Of a stretch of DNA of 35,116 nt, positions 17,696-28,072 are shown in pieces. The notes under the pieces are model-generated. The model was not told where the DNA came from. It searched no databases and saw only the letters and a list, made by a program, of their open reading frames with translations. Each line of letters starts with the position of its first letter. The first letter of the stretch is position 1. The stretch is from positions 1-35,116 of the forward strand of contig JARQWU010000091.1 in NCBI GenBank assembly GCA_040182905.1. The letters are read 5' to 3'. The position numbers and the translations under genes are program-made. The DNA is from Barthelona sp. PAP020 (Eukaryota).

Positions 17696-20587
17696 TTACT
17701 CACAATCAGTAAAATCAACTTTACTGTACAATACAAGATTCTTGAATCTTCTAAAAGATAAAATGATGTAATCCAAAGGAAACGCTGTATTTACAGTTCG
17801 AAACGTGAAAACTACTTCATCATCAATTTTCAAACCCATTCGCATTGAAGATAAAGATAACATGTGTGTATTTTCAGAAAATTCGTTGTCAATCAATAAA
17901 TTACCATCCTTTCCAATAATTTGAAATTTATTGCCATCTAAAACCAAAATACAATGATTTCCGGTTTGAATACAATGAATTGGGAATTTCGCATAGACAT
18001 TTTTGGCAATGTTATTAATTTGTCTTTCATAAGTGGGATCAATTTTTACCATCACTTCACATTCCACTGGTTCACCTTTAACTTGAGTTGAAGACACAGG
18101 AATTGCTACAATTTTTAACATTTGGTTAATATCATCCGGGGAAGCATGGTACTGCAAAGAACCTGCTGATGAAAAAATAACTTTATCATTTCTTTGAATT
18201 GAAAAAATGTGCGATCCTGGATTGCCTCCCTTATAAATATAATTACAACGTAACAAAGATGATGAATACCCTTCAAAATTCAAAGAAAAATCAATAAACT
18301 CAGGGGCTGAAGCTTCAACAACACAAGGGAATATTACCGTAAGATCATTCTCACAATTGAATTTTTTACAGCAATCAAAATTTGCTCCCAATTTACAATC
18401 ACTTGCTTGAGGTGGTATTATAAAATCAAAGGTTCCCTTTAAAGGAGCAAAAACTTTCTTTAACACTTTTCTCTTTTTCCCACGTTGAGCAAACCACCTC
18501 AACAACAATTTGTGTTTCACTTTACCATCAGGCACAAATTCCCACTCCAAGTGGGCTGTGTAACCCTCTCCACACATACCTGAAAGTTCAAGTTTTTTCT
18601 TCACAAGATTTTCAGCCAATGTAGCATCTTCATACGGAATGACAGTTTCTTCTTCTTTTTCTTTTTTTTGAGCAATTTCTTTTTTGTTGTTTTCAAGTTC
18701 AACAATAGTTTCTTCTTCTGTTTTTTTTTCTGTTGTTGGTTCTTTGTTTTCTTCAAACACATTATTTTCCAATTTTTCACATAGTTTAATATTATCAATA
18801 GCTTGAGTGAGTGATGGCGCATCTATCAGTCTTTTGGGACATTCACATTCCCAAAAATTGGATTCAACACTGTCACCATGAATTCCATCAGATGAACATA
18901 TTTCTTCCATACAAATGCAACATAACCAACAATTTTCATCCTTAACAAGAATATCTAAACACTCACTGCAAAAATGATGCCCACAAGTACAAGTTAATCG
19001 CTCACAGCCCTCATCAACCCCTGATGGGCTATGAATGTAGTTGCGACCACATAAAATACACATATCATCAGATTGAGTGAGTATTCGAAAAGGTTGATTG
19101 GGATCATCTGGATCTGAGGGCCAACAAGCATATGAGATAGTTTCATGAGCAGTAAAAATCAATTGTTCTGTATCCGCCCATTCAAGATCAGTCATAGTAG
19201 TCTCAAACATATTGCCTAACTCTTCAAAAGCAGATTCAAATTCTTCTTCAAAACAACCTTCCCAACATGAAGGTCCTTTGCCAAACCTTTTGAAAGACAA
19301 AGAATGGTTTTTCATCAATTCTGCTAATTCATCAGAGTAACAGAAATCTTCAACATTCGAATTATCATTCAATTGATCTGGAACATAATATGTCAATCCA
19401 TAACAATGAGATGAATGTGCAAATGAAGGTTGTCGACACCAAGTTGATTGATCCTCCAATTGATAAGAACAAGGCATAATTAAATTATAAAAATGTAAAA
19501 GATCTCCATAGAGATTTCGAATATTCATTTCACCAACAATCAAAGAATAAATAATCAGAAGATAGATTCCTGATTGAATTGCAACAGAAAACTCATCTTC
19601 TTGCAAATAACCCAACATTCCTACAACCACACGAACAACCGCATTCAATATTGGATGTAAATCCAATTCAGCTGCCAATTGAAGATGTAAATAAGGAACT
19701 GGTGGGGAAAATGTATCGACATCAAATAAAATTGAGCGTGTCCAAATGAACTGATTTATCATTTGTTTGAGATTCAATGGAATATGATGATTTCTAAATA
19801 AAACTTGGCATTTATCCAATTGCTTTGAAAAATATTGCACATTATCTGCAGATAAACCATTACTTTGACAAGGTATCAGTAATAAAGAGCTGTTTGATGA
19901 AAAATAACCATCTTTATCAAAAATATGAGTGAATCTTCTTGTAAAGAAACCAACGTCTCTGATACTGTCTGGTTCGTTCAGCAACAAAACAACAATAAAA
20001 GGTTTGATAAATCCCAACGATTGATCACTGATAGAACAAATTAAATTGGCAATACTATTTGCTAATTCTGTTGATTCAGGCTTTTCAAAAGTACAAAATA
20101 ATATCACAGGTGTCAAATGAGTAAAAAATCGTAAATATAAAGATGAACCATAAGATATATTTGGTAAAAATTCATACTTACCTGAAAAAATGAAAGCACC
20201 AAGAAAATCATGTTGAAATTGCAATTTTAAAGGCCACTCAACTAAAAAAACTTCATCATCAAAGTCAGAATCCAAAATGGTTTTTGAAAACTCAGGAAAT
20301 AACACAGAGTAAGCATATTTTGTTGCTTTATTGGACCCAACAAAACTGCAAAAATAACAACAAGCTCGAAATTTTGCATCAATGAGTTTAATTTGTTTTA
20401 ATTCCTGCAGTGTTTTGAAATTTAAAAATAAATTTTCATCCGAGACTTTGCCAACATACCAATAACGATGAATAACTTCTTCAACTTTTTCAATACCATG
20501 TACTTTTTTTGTATGTCTGCAATTTTTGCATATATTAGGATTAAATGGGTGTGGTTCAAAGTTATTTTCTTCACAACAATCACACAT
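17696..20587 (-). CDS. multidomain protein: N-terminal Cys/His knuckle, RING finger, AIR9/SCAB-like Ig-PH C-terminus
   Basis: 963 aa. C..F.P..F....C..C.H....H at the N-terminus; RING CILC...CGHHFCSEC...CCIC; YIYKGGNPGS...QYHASPDDINQMLKIVAIPV...GEP resembles the AIR9 A9 Ig repeat; terminal DYIILSFRRF resembles a PH-domain final helix. Confidence 0.7.
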   Translation of the reverse strand: MCDCCEENNFEPHPFNPNICKNCRHTKKVHGIEKVEEVIHRYWYVGKVSDENLFLNFKTLQELKQIKLIDAKFRACCYFCSFVGSNKATKYAYSVLFPEFSKTILDSDFDDEVFLVEWPLKLQFQHDFLGAFIFSGKYEFLPNISYGSSLYLRFFTHLTPVILFCTFEKPESTELANSIANLICSISDQSLGFIKPFIVVLLLNEPDSIRDVGFFTRRFTHIFDKDGYFSSNSSLLLIPCQSNGLSADNVQYFSKQLDKCQVLFRNHHIPLNLKQMINQFIWTRSILFDVDTFSPPVPYLHLQLAAELDLHPILNAVVRVVVGMLGYLQEDEFSVAIQSGIYLLIIYSLIVGEMNIRNLYGDLLHFYNLIMPCSYQLEDQSTWCRQPSFAHSSHCYGLTYYVPDQLNDNSNVEDFCYSDELAELMKNHSLSFKRFGKGPSCWEGCFEEEFESAFEELGNMFETTMTDLEWADTEQLIFTAHETISYACWPSDPDDPNQPFRILTQSDDMCILCGRNYIHSPSGVDEGCERLTCTCGHHFCSECLDILVKDENCWLCCICMEEICSSDGIHGDSVESNFWECECPKRLIDAPSLTQAIDNIKLCEKLENNVFEENKEPTTEKKTEEETIVELENNKKEIAQKKEKEEETVIPYEDATLAENLVKKKLELSGMCGEGYTAHLEWEFVPDGKVKHKLLLRWFAQRGKKRKVLKKVFAPLKGTFDFIIPPQASDCKLGANFDCCKKFNCENDLTVIFPCVVEASAPEFIDFSLNFEGYSSSLLRCNYIYKGGNPGSHIFSIQRNDKVIFSSAGSLQYHASPDDINQMLKIVAIPVSSTQVKGEPVECEVMVKIDPTYERQINNIAKNVYAKFPIHCIQTGNHCILVLDGNKFQIIGKDGNLLIDNEFSENTHMLSLSSMRMGLKIDDEVVFTFRTVNTAFPLDYIILSFRRFKNLVLYSKVDFTDCE

Positions 20588-20732
20588 TACATAAAAATCA
20601 ATTTTTAGTGATTTGAAACTTTAAAATTTCTTCTTTTTTATTGTTGTTTATAAATATCTGTAAAAAGAAGTGAAGAAATAGAGGACTTATTGAAAAAGGG
20701 CAGTTTTTTATTTTTGTTTGTTTTTCAATTTA

Positions 20733-22055
20733 ATGCCCCGAGAGATTATTTCGATTCAAGTAGGTCAATGTGGAAACCAAATAGGAACCGAATTTTGGCA
20801 AACATTGGCCAAAGAACATGGGATATCTCCTGATGGTACAGTTGAACAGGAATCTCAAGATAGCAGTGACCGTAAAGATGTTTTTTTTTATCAAGGAGAT
20901 GATAATCGATATATTCCAAGAGCTTTACTGTGGGATCTTGAACCGAGAGTTGTAAACAGTGTTTTACAAAGTACTTGGGGTCGTTTTTATCATCCAGAAA
21001 ATGTTTTTACTTCTTCTGATGGCGCCGGAAATAATTGGTCAAATGGATACGAGCAAGCTCAACAATATGCTGAAAAATTATTGCATATGTTAGAGAGAGA
21101 AGCTGAGGGTAGTGATTCCTTGGAGGGATTTAATGTAACACATTCTATCGCTGGTGGAACAGGTTCTGGTGTTGGTAGTTGGTTATTGGAACAGTTGGAA
21201 GACAGATATCCAAAAAAGTTAATACAAGCGTACTCTGTTTTTCCAGATAGACAATCTGATGTTGTTATTCAACCATATAATTGTATGTTAACTTCAAAAC
21301 GTTTGGCTTTGCATGCAGACAGTGTTGTTGTTCTTGATAATGCCGCACTCAACAGAATCACAGAAAGATATAGTTCAACTTCTGCAGCATCTATTGAAGA
21401 AACAAATTCGCTCATTGCAACTGTTATGGCAGCTTCAACTAACACACTCAGATATCCATCTTTCATGAATAATGACCTTGTCTCTTTAATTAGTGCTTTG
21501 ATTCCCACACCTAGATTACATTTTTTGATGACGAGTTACACCCCATTGGTAACAGGACGTTTAACACAAACAGTTAGAAAAACATCCGTGCCTGTGATTA
21601 TGAAACGTCTTCTTCAACCAGATAATATAATGATGTCAGCTTCAATTCGCAAAGGAATGTTCATTTCAGTACTGAATATTATTCAAGGTGAAGCGGATCC
21701 TGCTGAAGTTCATCGTGCCTTGTCAAATATAAAGAGTTTGCAAGGTAAACAAGGAGGATTGGATTTTATTCCTTGGGGGCCTGCATCAATTCATGTGGCA
21801 TTAACACGAAAATCTTCCTTTGTGAAAACTGGGCATAAAGTTTCTGGATTGATGTTGGCAAACCATACCAATGTTAAGTCTTTATTTGAACGAAGTGCAA
21901 ATGATTTCCAAATGCTGTATGAAAGGAAAGCTTTTTTGAACCATTTTGAAGACATGCCTGACAGAGAATCAGAATTTGAAGATTCTTTGGAAACGGTTAA
22001 AAATCTTGTACAAGAATATAGAAATTGTGAAAGAGAAGATTTTATTCAGCAATAA
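20733..22055 (+). CDS. TUBG: gamma-tubulin
   Basis: Starts [18 protein letters not shown] at ATG 20733. Contains [30 protein letters not shown] and [10 protein letters not shown]. Confidence 0.98.
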   Translation: MPREIISIQVGQCGNQIGTEFWQTLAKEHGISPDGTVEQESQDSSDRKDVFFYQGDDNRYIPRALLWDLEPRVVNSVLQSTWGRFYHPENVFTSSDGAGNNWSNGYEQAQQYAEKLLHMLEREAEGSDSLEGFNVTHSIAGGTGSGVGSWLLEQLEDRYPKKLIQAYSVFPDRQSDVVIQPYNCMLTSKRLALHADSVVVLDNAALNRITERYSSTSAASIEETNSLIATVMAASTNTLRYPSFMNNDLVSLISALIPTPRLHFLMTSYTPLVTGRLTQTVRKTSVPVIMKRLLQPDNIMMSASIRKGMFISVLNIIQGEADPAEVHRALSNIKSLQGKQGGLDFIPWGPASIHVALTRKSSFVKTGHKVSGLMLANHTNVKSLFERSANDFQMLYERKAFLNHFEDMPDRESEFEDSLETVKNLVQEYRNCEREDFIQQ

Positions 22056-22221
22056 ATTTCCAAAATTATTTTTGTTCTTTGTGACCTGAACCTTTTAAAA
22101 CTAATTGAACATTGAAAAAAGATAGTTCAACAAAAACTATAAAAAAATATTGGAAATAAATTCGTAAAATCAAAAGAACTCAATGTTTTTGAAATTGAAA
22201 TTACAAAAAAAAAACTTGTTT

Positions 22222-23289
22222 TTACAATTCAAATGCTAACATTGCTGTTGCAAACGCTTGAAAAGGGGTAAATGGAGCTGAAAAGTCAAGAATGTAACTA
22301 TCTTTACCCATTTTTCCAAATTGCAAGATGACTTCATCTTCGTTCGAGGAAATATTCAATTTTTCTCTCTGCTCATCTTTCATTGTGATTTGGAAGTTTT
22401 TAATTGAGTTTTGAATTATTCTGTTTTCAAAATTCAAACTGTATACTTGTTTTTCGTAATCCCAACTTGGATTTTTTGTGAATAAACGATAATAATGATC
22501 ACTACTTGTACTTAAAAAGGGAGCATTCTTAATCATGCTCTCTAAACTGTGAGTGTCATTTTCTACTTTGGGTTTGAATACACATTTTTCATCAGGTAAA
22601 TAAACATTCACTGCAAAATGGTGTTGATTCGCCAAAAAATCTGAAATATTTGATGGTTTGACAAAAACACCTAATTCGGTTCGACTTTGGGTTTCCAATA
22701 AGATGTCTAATTCATTTTTAGAGGCATTAGCATGGTTAGCCAAAATATGTTTAGGAGATTCCCCAAAATCATACAAAACCCATGCATCACTAAATCTTCC
22801 TTTTTCCAATTTTCCCAGATAATTATTTGATTCTCTCATCATATTTATATTTGAATCAAAAAATTCGAATGAAGATCCAGATAATTGGGATTTATATTCA
22901 GCAGACATTAAAAATTCATCAGGATTTTCACAATACAGATAATATTTCTTTGTGCTGCCAAAAGTCCCTGATTTTTCCCTCATAACTCGACATTGAAAAG
23001 TTAATCCAATGGGCAATGGAGTGTTAAAAAAATTCTTTCTAGCCTGAATATCATTCACATTAGGAATAATCAATTGATTTTGAAGACTTGGATTTGAAGA
23101 TACAGTTTTTTTTTTATTTGAAAAGTCATTTTCATTAGAAAATTCCATTTTCATGGTTGATAAAGCGGTTAAATTATTATTTCGTGTCATATTCTTATCA
23201 TTTCTTTCATAAATTACATTTTTTGAAGATTTTGTGTGGTTTTGTAAATCAGAAGATTTTTTGAAACTGTATTTAGAATTTTTAAACAT
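22222..23289 (-). CDS. Tubby-domain protein (TULP family)
   Basis: QCRVMRE, KNPSWD..KQVYSLNFENR...SIKNFQI and LQFGKMGKDSYILDFSAPFTPFQAFA are Tubby C-terminal signatures. Confidence 0.93.
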   Translation of the reverse strand: MFKNSKYSFKKSSDLQNHTKSSKNVIYERNDKNMTRNNNLTALSTMKMEFSNENDFSNKKKTVSSNPSLQNQLIIPNVNDIQARKNFFNTPLPIGLTFQCRVMREKSGTFGSTKKYYLYCENPDEFLMSAEYKSQLSGSSFEFFDSNINMMRESNNYLGKLEKGRFSDAWVLYDFGESPKHILANHANASKNELDILLETQSRTELGVFVKPSNISDFLANQHHFAVNVYLPDEKCVFKPKVENDTHSLESMIKNAPFLSTSSDHYYRLFTKNPSWDYEKQVYSLNFENRIIQNSIKNFQITMKDEQREKLNISSNEDEVILQFGKMGKDSYILDFSAPFTPFQAFATAMLAFEL

Positions 23290-23441
23290 GAAGGTTCAAC
23301 AAAAAAAAAAAGATTTTGAGAGATTCCCATCAAATCAAAACCAGAATTGTCAAAAACTCTTTTTTTTCATGTTTTTACCGTTTTTTTCAAAAATTTCATA
23401 TTTTCAGCAATAAAGAAAAGAAAAAAAGATAAATTATCTGT

Positions 23442-24809
23442 TTATTCAACATCAGTATCGACCATTTCAAACCAATTGTAATTATTTATATTGTAAATCT
23501 GAAAACCTGAAATTGCATCAAACAAAAAATCAATAGTAATGACTGGAATACCTCCATATTTTCTTTGAATGTTTTCTGCCCTGTGTCGTGCTAAATCTAA
23601 TGAAGCCATCACAACTTTATTATTTTTTTCGGGAATTTGAGTTTTTCCTCTCGTAAATACAACTTGACCCTCTAATAGTTCAATCATTTGCGCAACTATT
23701 TTTCGTTCCAATCCAAAGTTGTCTCCTGCAAGAATAAAAGACCATTCTTTAAACAATTTAGCTGAACCTAACTCCTTTCTTCTTTCAAATCCACCTAATT
23801 TGTCACCAATTCCATCAGCCAGATATTGTTTGAAGGAAAGTAGTTTATTCACTTTTAAAGACCGCAGTAACCATTCAGCAGCGACAATAGGAAGTCCATA
23901 AATCATTGCATATAAAGTTTTTATGTTTCTAGGAGCACATCCATTATTTGTCAAAGGTGTGACAAGAATATCTGCATCATCAATGTTAGATGTCACGTCA
24001 TATTCATCAAAACCACGACAATTCAGCATCTTTTTATGTAACTCTTCTCTTTTTATTACTTTTGAAAATAAAATTTGTTGCTTTTTGTCTTCACATGTGT
24101 TCCCATCGTTTTCATCTTCAGTTTCACTTGATTTTTCAATAAAATGTTCACATTTGTTATTTTTGGTATCACTATTCGATACAAAAGATGAATTTATGGC
24201 AGGTTGAGTTTCATTTTCAGAACCAGAATTTGGTGCCATAGCAGATGCTTCCACAACATCTGTCTCTGACCCAGAGGATTCTTTATTGCTGGTTTCGATA
24301 TGATCAATTGGTTTATTATTTTTTTGAGCGTTTTCTTTCTTTTCATTAACAGTTTGAGTCAAATCACCATATTCTTTTTCGCTTTCAATCTCATTTTCGT
24401 CTTCTTCTACAATGGGTTCAAGAATGGGTTCGTGTTTAAAATCCGTAACTGATCCCCATCTGTTGTGATTTTTGATTCTCTTTTTGACAGAGGTTTTTTG
24501 ATAATGTCCTTGAGAAGCGTTAAATAGTTGCTGACTTTCGGTTAAAGGTTGTTGCAAAAGACATTCTTTTAATTGTTTAAAATTGTTGCATATGTCATTC
24601 ACAGCAATAACTGGAAATATCTGTCTTTTATTTGCTTCTTTTCTGCATTGAGGACATTTACCTGTTGCTTCGATAGCATAATATATACAATCAGAACAAA
24701 ACATATGCGAACATGGTAAAACATGTGCATCATAAATTAATCCATGACAAACTGCACATTTTAATGTCTTTTCCATATTATCTAAATGTTTTTTTGTTTC
24801 TTCATTCAT
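23442..24809 (-). CDS. BRCA1/BARD1-like protein (N-terminal C3HC4 RING, acidic linker, tandem BRCT)
   Basis: RING CAVC..CSHMFCSDC..CPQC; BRCT1 RNIKTLYAMIYGLPIVAAEWL; BRCT2 LFKEWSFIL...PVITIDFLFDAIS. Likely start is 24809 (MNEETK); the in-frame ATG at 24869 only adds a poly-T-derived Phe run. Confidence 0.85.
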   Translation of the reverse strand: MNEETKKHLDNMEKTLKCAVCHGLIYDAHVLPCSHMFCSDCIYYAIEATGKCPQCRKEANKRQIFPVIAVNDICNNFKQLKECLLQQPLTESQQLFNASQGHYQKTSVKKRIKNHNRWGSVTDFKHEPILEPIVEEDENEIESEKEYGDLTQTVNEKKENAQKNNKPIDHIETSNKESSGSETDVVEASAMAPNSGSENETQPAINSSFVSNSDTKNNKCEHFIEKSSETEDENDGNTCEDKKQQILFSKVIKREELHKKMLNCRGFDEYDVTSNIDDADILVTPLTNNGCAPRNIKTLYAMIYGLPIVAAEWLLRSLKVNKLLSFKQYLADGIGDKLGGFERRKELGSAKLFKEWSFILAGDNFGLERKIVAQMIELLEGQVVFTRGKTQIPEKNNKVVMASLDLARHRAENIQRKYGGIPVITIDFLFDAISGFQIYNINNYNWFEMVDTDVE

Positions 24810-25055
24810 TTCATATTCTTTCTGAAAAAAAAAAACAAAAAAAAAATCTTCAATCTGGCATTTCAACATTTTAATTATTCAACAGAGAATTTGTTCTTTG
24901 TGTTCATTTTATTATTAAAGATCTTGGTATCACAAAAATGAATGTTTTTCGAAGGGAGATGAATGTGTTTTGAATAGTAACACATTATTTTTTAAAAGTT
25001 TTGATAATAACCCTGTAAACAAATAATAAACAAATTATTTATAAAAAACACACAT

Positions 25056-26272
25056 TTACATAACCATTTTCATGTAAGAAACATTCTTCGTATCTTTCTT
25101 TGCTACTTTTGCAACAGCCATTTCAAAATCTTCTTGAGTAACATGAACTCTTCTTTCTCTTAAAGCAAACATTCCTGCTTCTGTACAAACAGCTTTGATT
25201 TCTGCTCCTGAAAAGTCAGGCATCAAGTCAGTGATTTTTACAAAATCAATATCTCTGATGAGGTTCATTCTTCTTGAGTGAATTTTCAAAATTTGTAATC
25301 TACTTGCTTCATTTGGATGAGGGAATTCAATTTTTCTGTCAATTCGTCCAGGCCTTAACAATGCAGGGTCTAAAATATCAATTCGATTTGTAGCCATAAT
25401 AATTTTAATAGCTTTGGTAGATTCAAAGCCATCAACTTGATTTAACAATTCGAGCATAGTACGTTGAACTTCAGAATCAGAATTTTCACTTGCCCCTTCA
25501 CCTCTGCTTGAACCTATGCTGTCAACTTCATCCATAAAAATGATAGATGGTGCAGACTGTCTTGCCATTAAAAAGATTTCTCTCACTAATCTAGAACCCT
25601 CACCAATGTATTTTTGAACTAATTCTGAACCACTAACACGAATAAATGTACAATCTGTATGATGAGCAACAGCCCTTGCCAACAAGGTTTTTCCAGTTCC
25701 TGGAGGACCAAATAATAACACACCCTTCGGTTGAGCAATACCCAAAGATTCAAAAATTTGAGGATGTCTAATTGGTAATTCTATCACTTCTTTTATTTCA
25801 CGAATTTGATCGTCTAAACCTCCAATCATATCATAGGTGGAATCTGGAACCTTTTCCACTTTCATCAAACTGACTATAGGATCAATCTTTGATTGAAGAA
25901 TTTTATGAAGTTGCAAAGAATCATTTCTAAGTGCAACCCTCATGTTTGGTTGAAGAGTTGAAGAATCAACATTCTTTGCAACTTCAACAACATGTTGTCC
26001 TTCATGACCTAACTTAATTAAAGCTCGCTCTTTTCCCATCACTTTAACAACTGACCCTATTTGTGAACCAGCTTCCAACAAATGTTGAATTTCATCTTTC
26101 AACAATCTAACTATTAAAATTAGTAATTACAGTATTACAAATAAATAAATGTACCTTCATCATTAATTGTATCTCTTCTTGCCGATATACGAACCAGAGT
26201 TTCAGAAGCTTCTGCAACTTCCATTTCTAATCGTTCAATACGATCTCGTATGTATATTTCGCTGTTTTGCAT
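25056..26272 (-). CDS. RPT6: 26S proteasome AAA-ATPase Rpt6 (two exons: 26272-26155 and 26110-25056; 390 aa)
   Basis: Motifs [53 protein letters not shown] and [14 protein letters not shown]. Splicing restores the N-terminal coiled coil [47 protein letters not shown]. Confidence 0.96.
26111..26154 (-). other. 44-nt phase-1 spliceosomal intron in Rpt6
   Basis: GTACATTTATTTATTTGTAATACTGTAATTACTAATTTTAATAG has GT-AG ends and a TACTAAT branch motif. Its removal joins GAA G|TT AGA in frame. Confidence 0.92.
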
Positions 26273-26434
26273 TTTAATTATTCAAAATTATTGATAAATT
26301 CGAGAACAAAAGCAAAATGAAAAACTTGTTTACAGAGATCAACACTGAAATTTTTTTTTTTTTCCCTTTTTGAAATGTTATTGTAAAAATAAAGACTAAA
26401 TAAATGTTTACTATACCTTAAATATCTGAAATTA

Positions 26435-27961
26435 TTAAGCTCTTGATAAACGTTGTGATACTGATGATGACCCCAATCCTTTTGACTCATATGACACATA
26501 AGGTCTGTACCCAACAGAATTGGGAAAACTGATTAATTGAGAAGGTAAATATTGAGATGAAAATACCAAACAATTAATCCTCTTTTCAATCAATTCCTGT
26601 TGATTCAAAGAAGTCAACAAAAAAACTCGACTCTCGTCCAGAGTTACGGCTCTTACAATACCAATTCCATCACAAATTTGGGAGTTATTGTGAGAAACGA
26701 TTTTGATACCTTCAGTTTCAGCTTCCCTGTCTTGAATATCTTGTTCAATGTGACACAAACCCACAATTGCCAAAGGCAAAATCATTCCTATTGTTAAGTT
26801 GGTGATATCATCGTTGCTACACATGATACTAATGTTGTTGACTCCAATGCCATGAATTTGTTGTTTTAACAACTCATTGGAAATTGCTCTTATTGAAGCA
26901 CAAGTTGCAATTTTGTTGTCAATGAAAAATGATGTCAGTTTTCTCAATCTTCGGTCAAACGCAGGTGTGTTGTTTGGGTTCTTGCTGAAATTTACTACAC
27001 TTTCACACACAAAGACGTTTTCCAGCAGATTCGAAATATTTTTAAAATTTTCAACATTAGTTTCATCGCCGTTCTCCAAAGAAACATCATACATAATGAT
27101 ACCAGTGTTGCAGTCAAAAACTTCTAAAATGTTTTTTAAAAGGTCTGCTCCAAGTGAGGAAATCCATCCATGAGTATTAATTAAAATAGGCACATCGTCT
27201 TCCTCAAATATAACATCAAGTATAGCTTTCAACTTACAAAATGCCTGTAAATAGGCTCGTGGATTTGTTTGTGCAGTGGTATCTCCATAGTAAATTTGAA
27301 CATCTGGTTTTTGAAAATGATATGCTGGGGGAGAAAGAATAGGAGTCTCAATTCTAGTGAGTGACAAAAATCCAGAGGCAGAAAATTCAGTTTGGCCTGG
27401 ATCTGTATCAATATAATAAACATACTCATTTGTTTGAAGAAGAATATTTGTTAAAAATCTTAAAAATGTTGATTTTCCTGAATTTCTTGAACCCAAACAC
27501 ACAATTGCATTGTTAGATTGTTGCCCATTTTGAACCAAAGAAATATCATTGACAATGTTTCCATATGATTCAGGTAATCTTAAAGGATCATTGATTTCCC
27601 CTATTGGAATGTCCAACGGTTTTGAAGGATACAAATCTTCAATTAAAAAACAACAATGACTCCCCATATATGTTTTAAAATGATTTAAAACATCCTCATC
27701 AAGTTCATTTATATCAATAGAATTGTTCGAAGCAACATTTAGGCAATGTAAATACAAATAAGGATCATATTCTGCACTACAAAGATCCAACCAACCAGAA
27801 GAACTATCAAATTGACATCCAAAACATGACAATTGTCCAAACAATACTCTCACTTTTATAACACCATGAAAGTACAAGTTTTCTTCTTTAGGTAATGCAA
27901 TAAATGACAAATATTCATTTCTTTTTAAGACATGTCGAACAAATCGTCCTTGTTTCACCAT
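26435..27961 (-). CDS. NOL9: Grc3/NOL9-type polynucleotide 5'-hydroxyl kinase (Clp1 family)
   Basis: Walker A GSRNSGKST, DTDPGQTEF, YYGDTT, INTHGWI and C-terminal CDGIGIVRAV...PYV. Confidence 0.88.
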   Translation of the reverse strand: MVKQGRFVRHVLKRNEYLSFIALPKEENLYFHGVIKVRVLFGQLSCFGCQFDSSSGWLDLCSAEYDPYLYLHCLNVASNNSIDINELDEDVLNHFKTYMGSHCCFLIEDLYPSKPLDIPIGEINDPLRLPESYGNIVNDISLVQNGQQSNNAIVCLGSRNSGKSTFLRFLTNILLQTNEYVYYIDTDPGQTEFSASGFLSLTRIETPILSPPAYHFQKPDVQIYYGDTTAQTNPRAYLQAFCKLKAILDVIFEEDDVPILINTHGWISSLGADLLKNILEVFDCNTGIIMYDVSLENGDETNVENFKNISNLLENVFVCESVVNFSKNPNNTPAFDRRLRKLTSFFIDNKIATCASIRAISNELLKQQIHGIGVNNISIMCSNDDITNLTIGMILPLAIVGLCHIEQDIQDREAETEGIKIVSHNNSQICDGIGIVRAVTLDESRVFLLTSLNQQELIEKRINCLVFSSQYLPSQLISFPNSVGYRPYVSYESKGLGSSSVSQRLSRA

Positions 27962-28072
27962 AATGAAACAACAAAAAAAAAAGTTAAAAAAAAAATCAAC
28001 AATCTATATTATCTTTTACATTATTTATATGTACAAAAGATCTATAATATCTTCAAATATAAATTAAATTTC

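Noticed and set aside
20701..20732. Pre-ATG poly-T tracts as spliced-leader trans-splicing acceptors
   Set aside because: Most tracts have no AG between the tract and the ATG.
22053..22058. TAAA overlapping stop codons as a Trichomonas-type polyadenylation signal
   Set aside because: Only about half of the TAA stops are followed by A, which is unremarkable at this A content.
24962..24986. AATGTGTT...AACACATT inverted repeat between Rpt6 and the BRCA1-like gene
   Set aside because: A single AT-rich 8-bp stem is expected by chance in 35 kb and has no other support.
26331..26340. TACAGAGA resembling the U6 ACAGAGA box
   Set aside because: Not followed by AGATTAGC or a U6 internal stem-loop.
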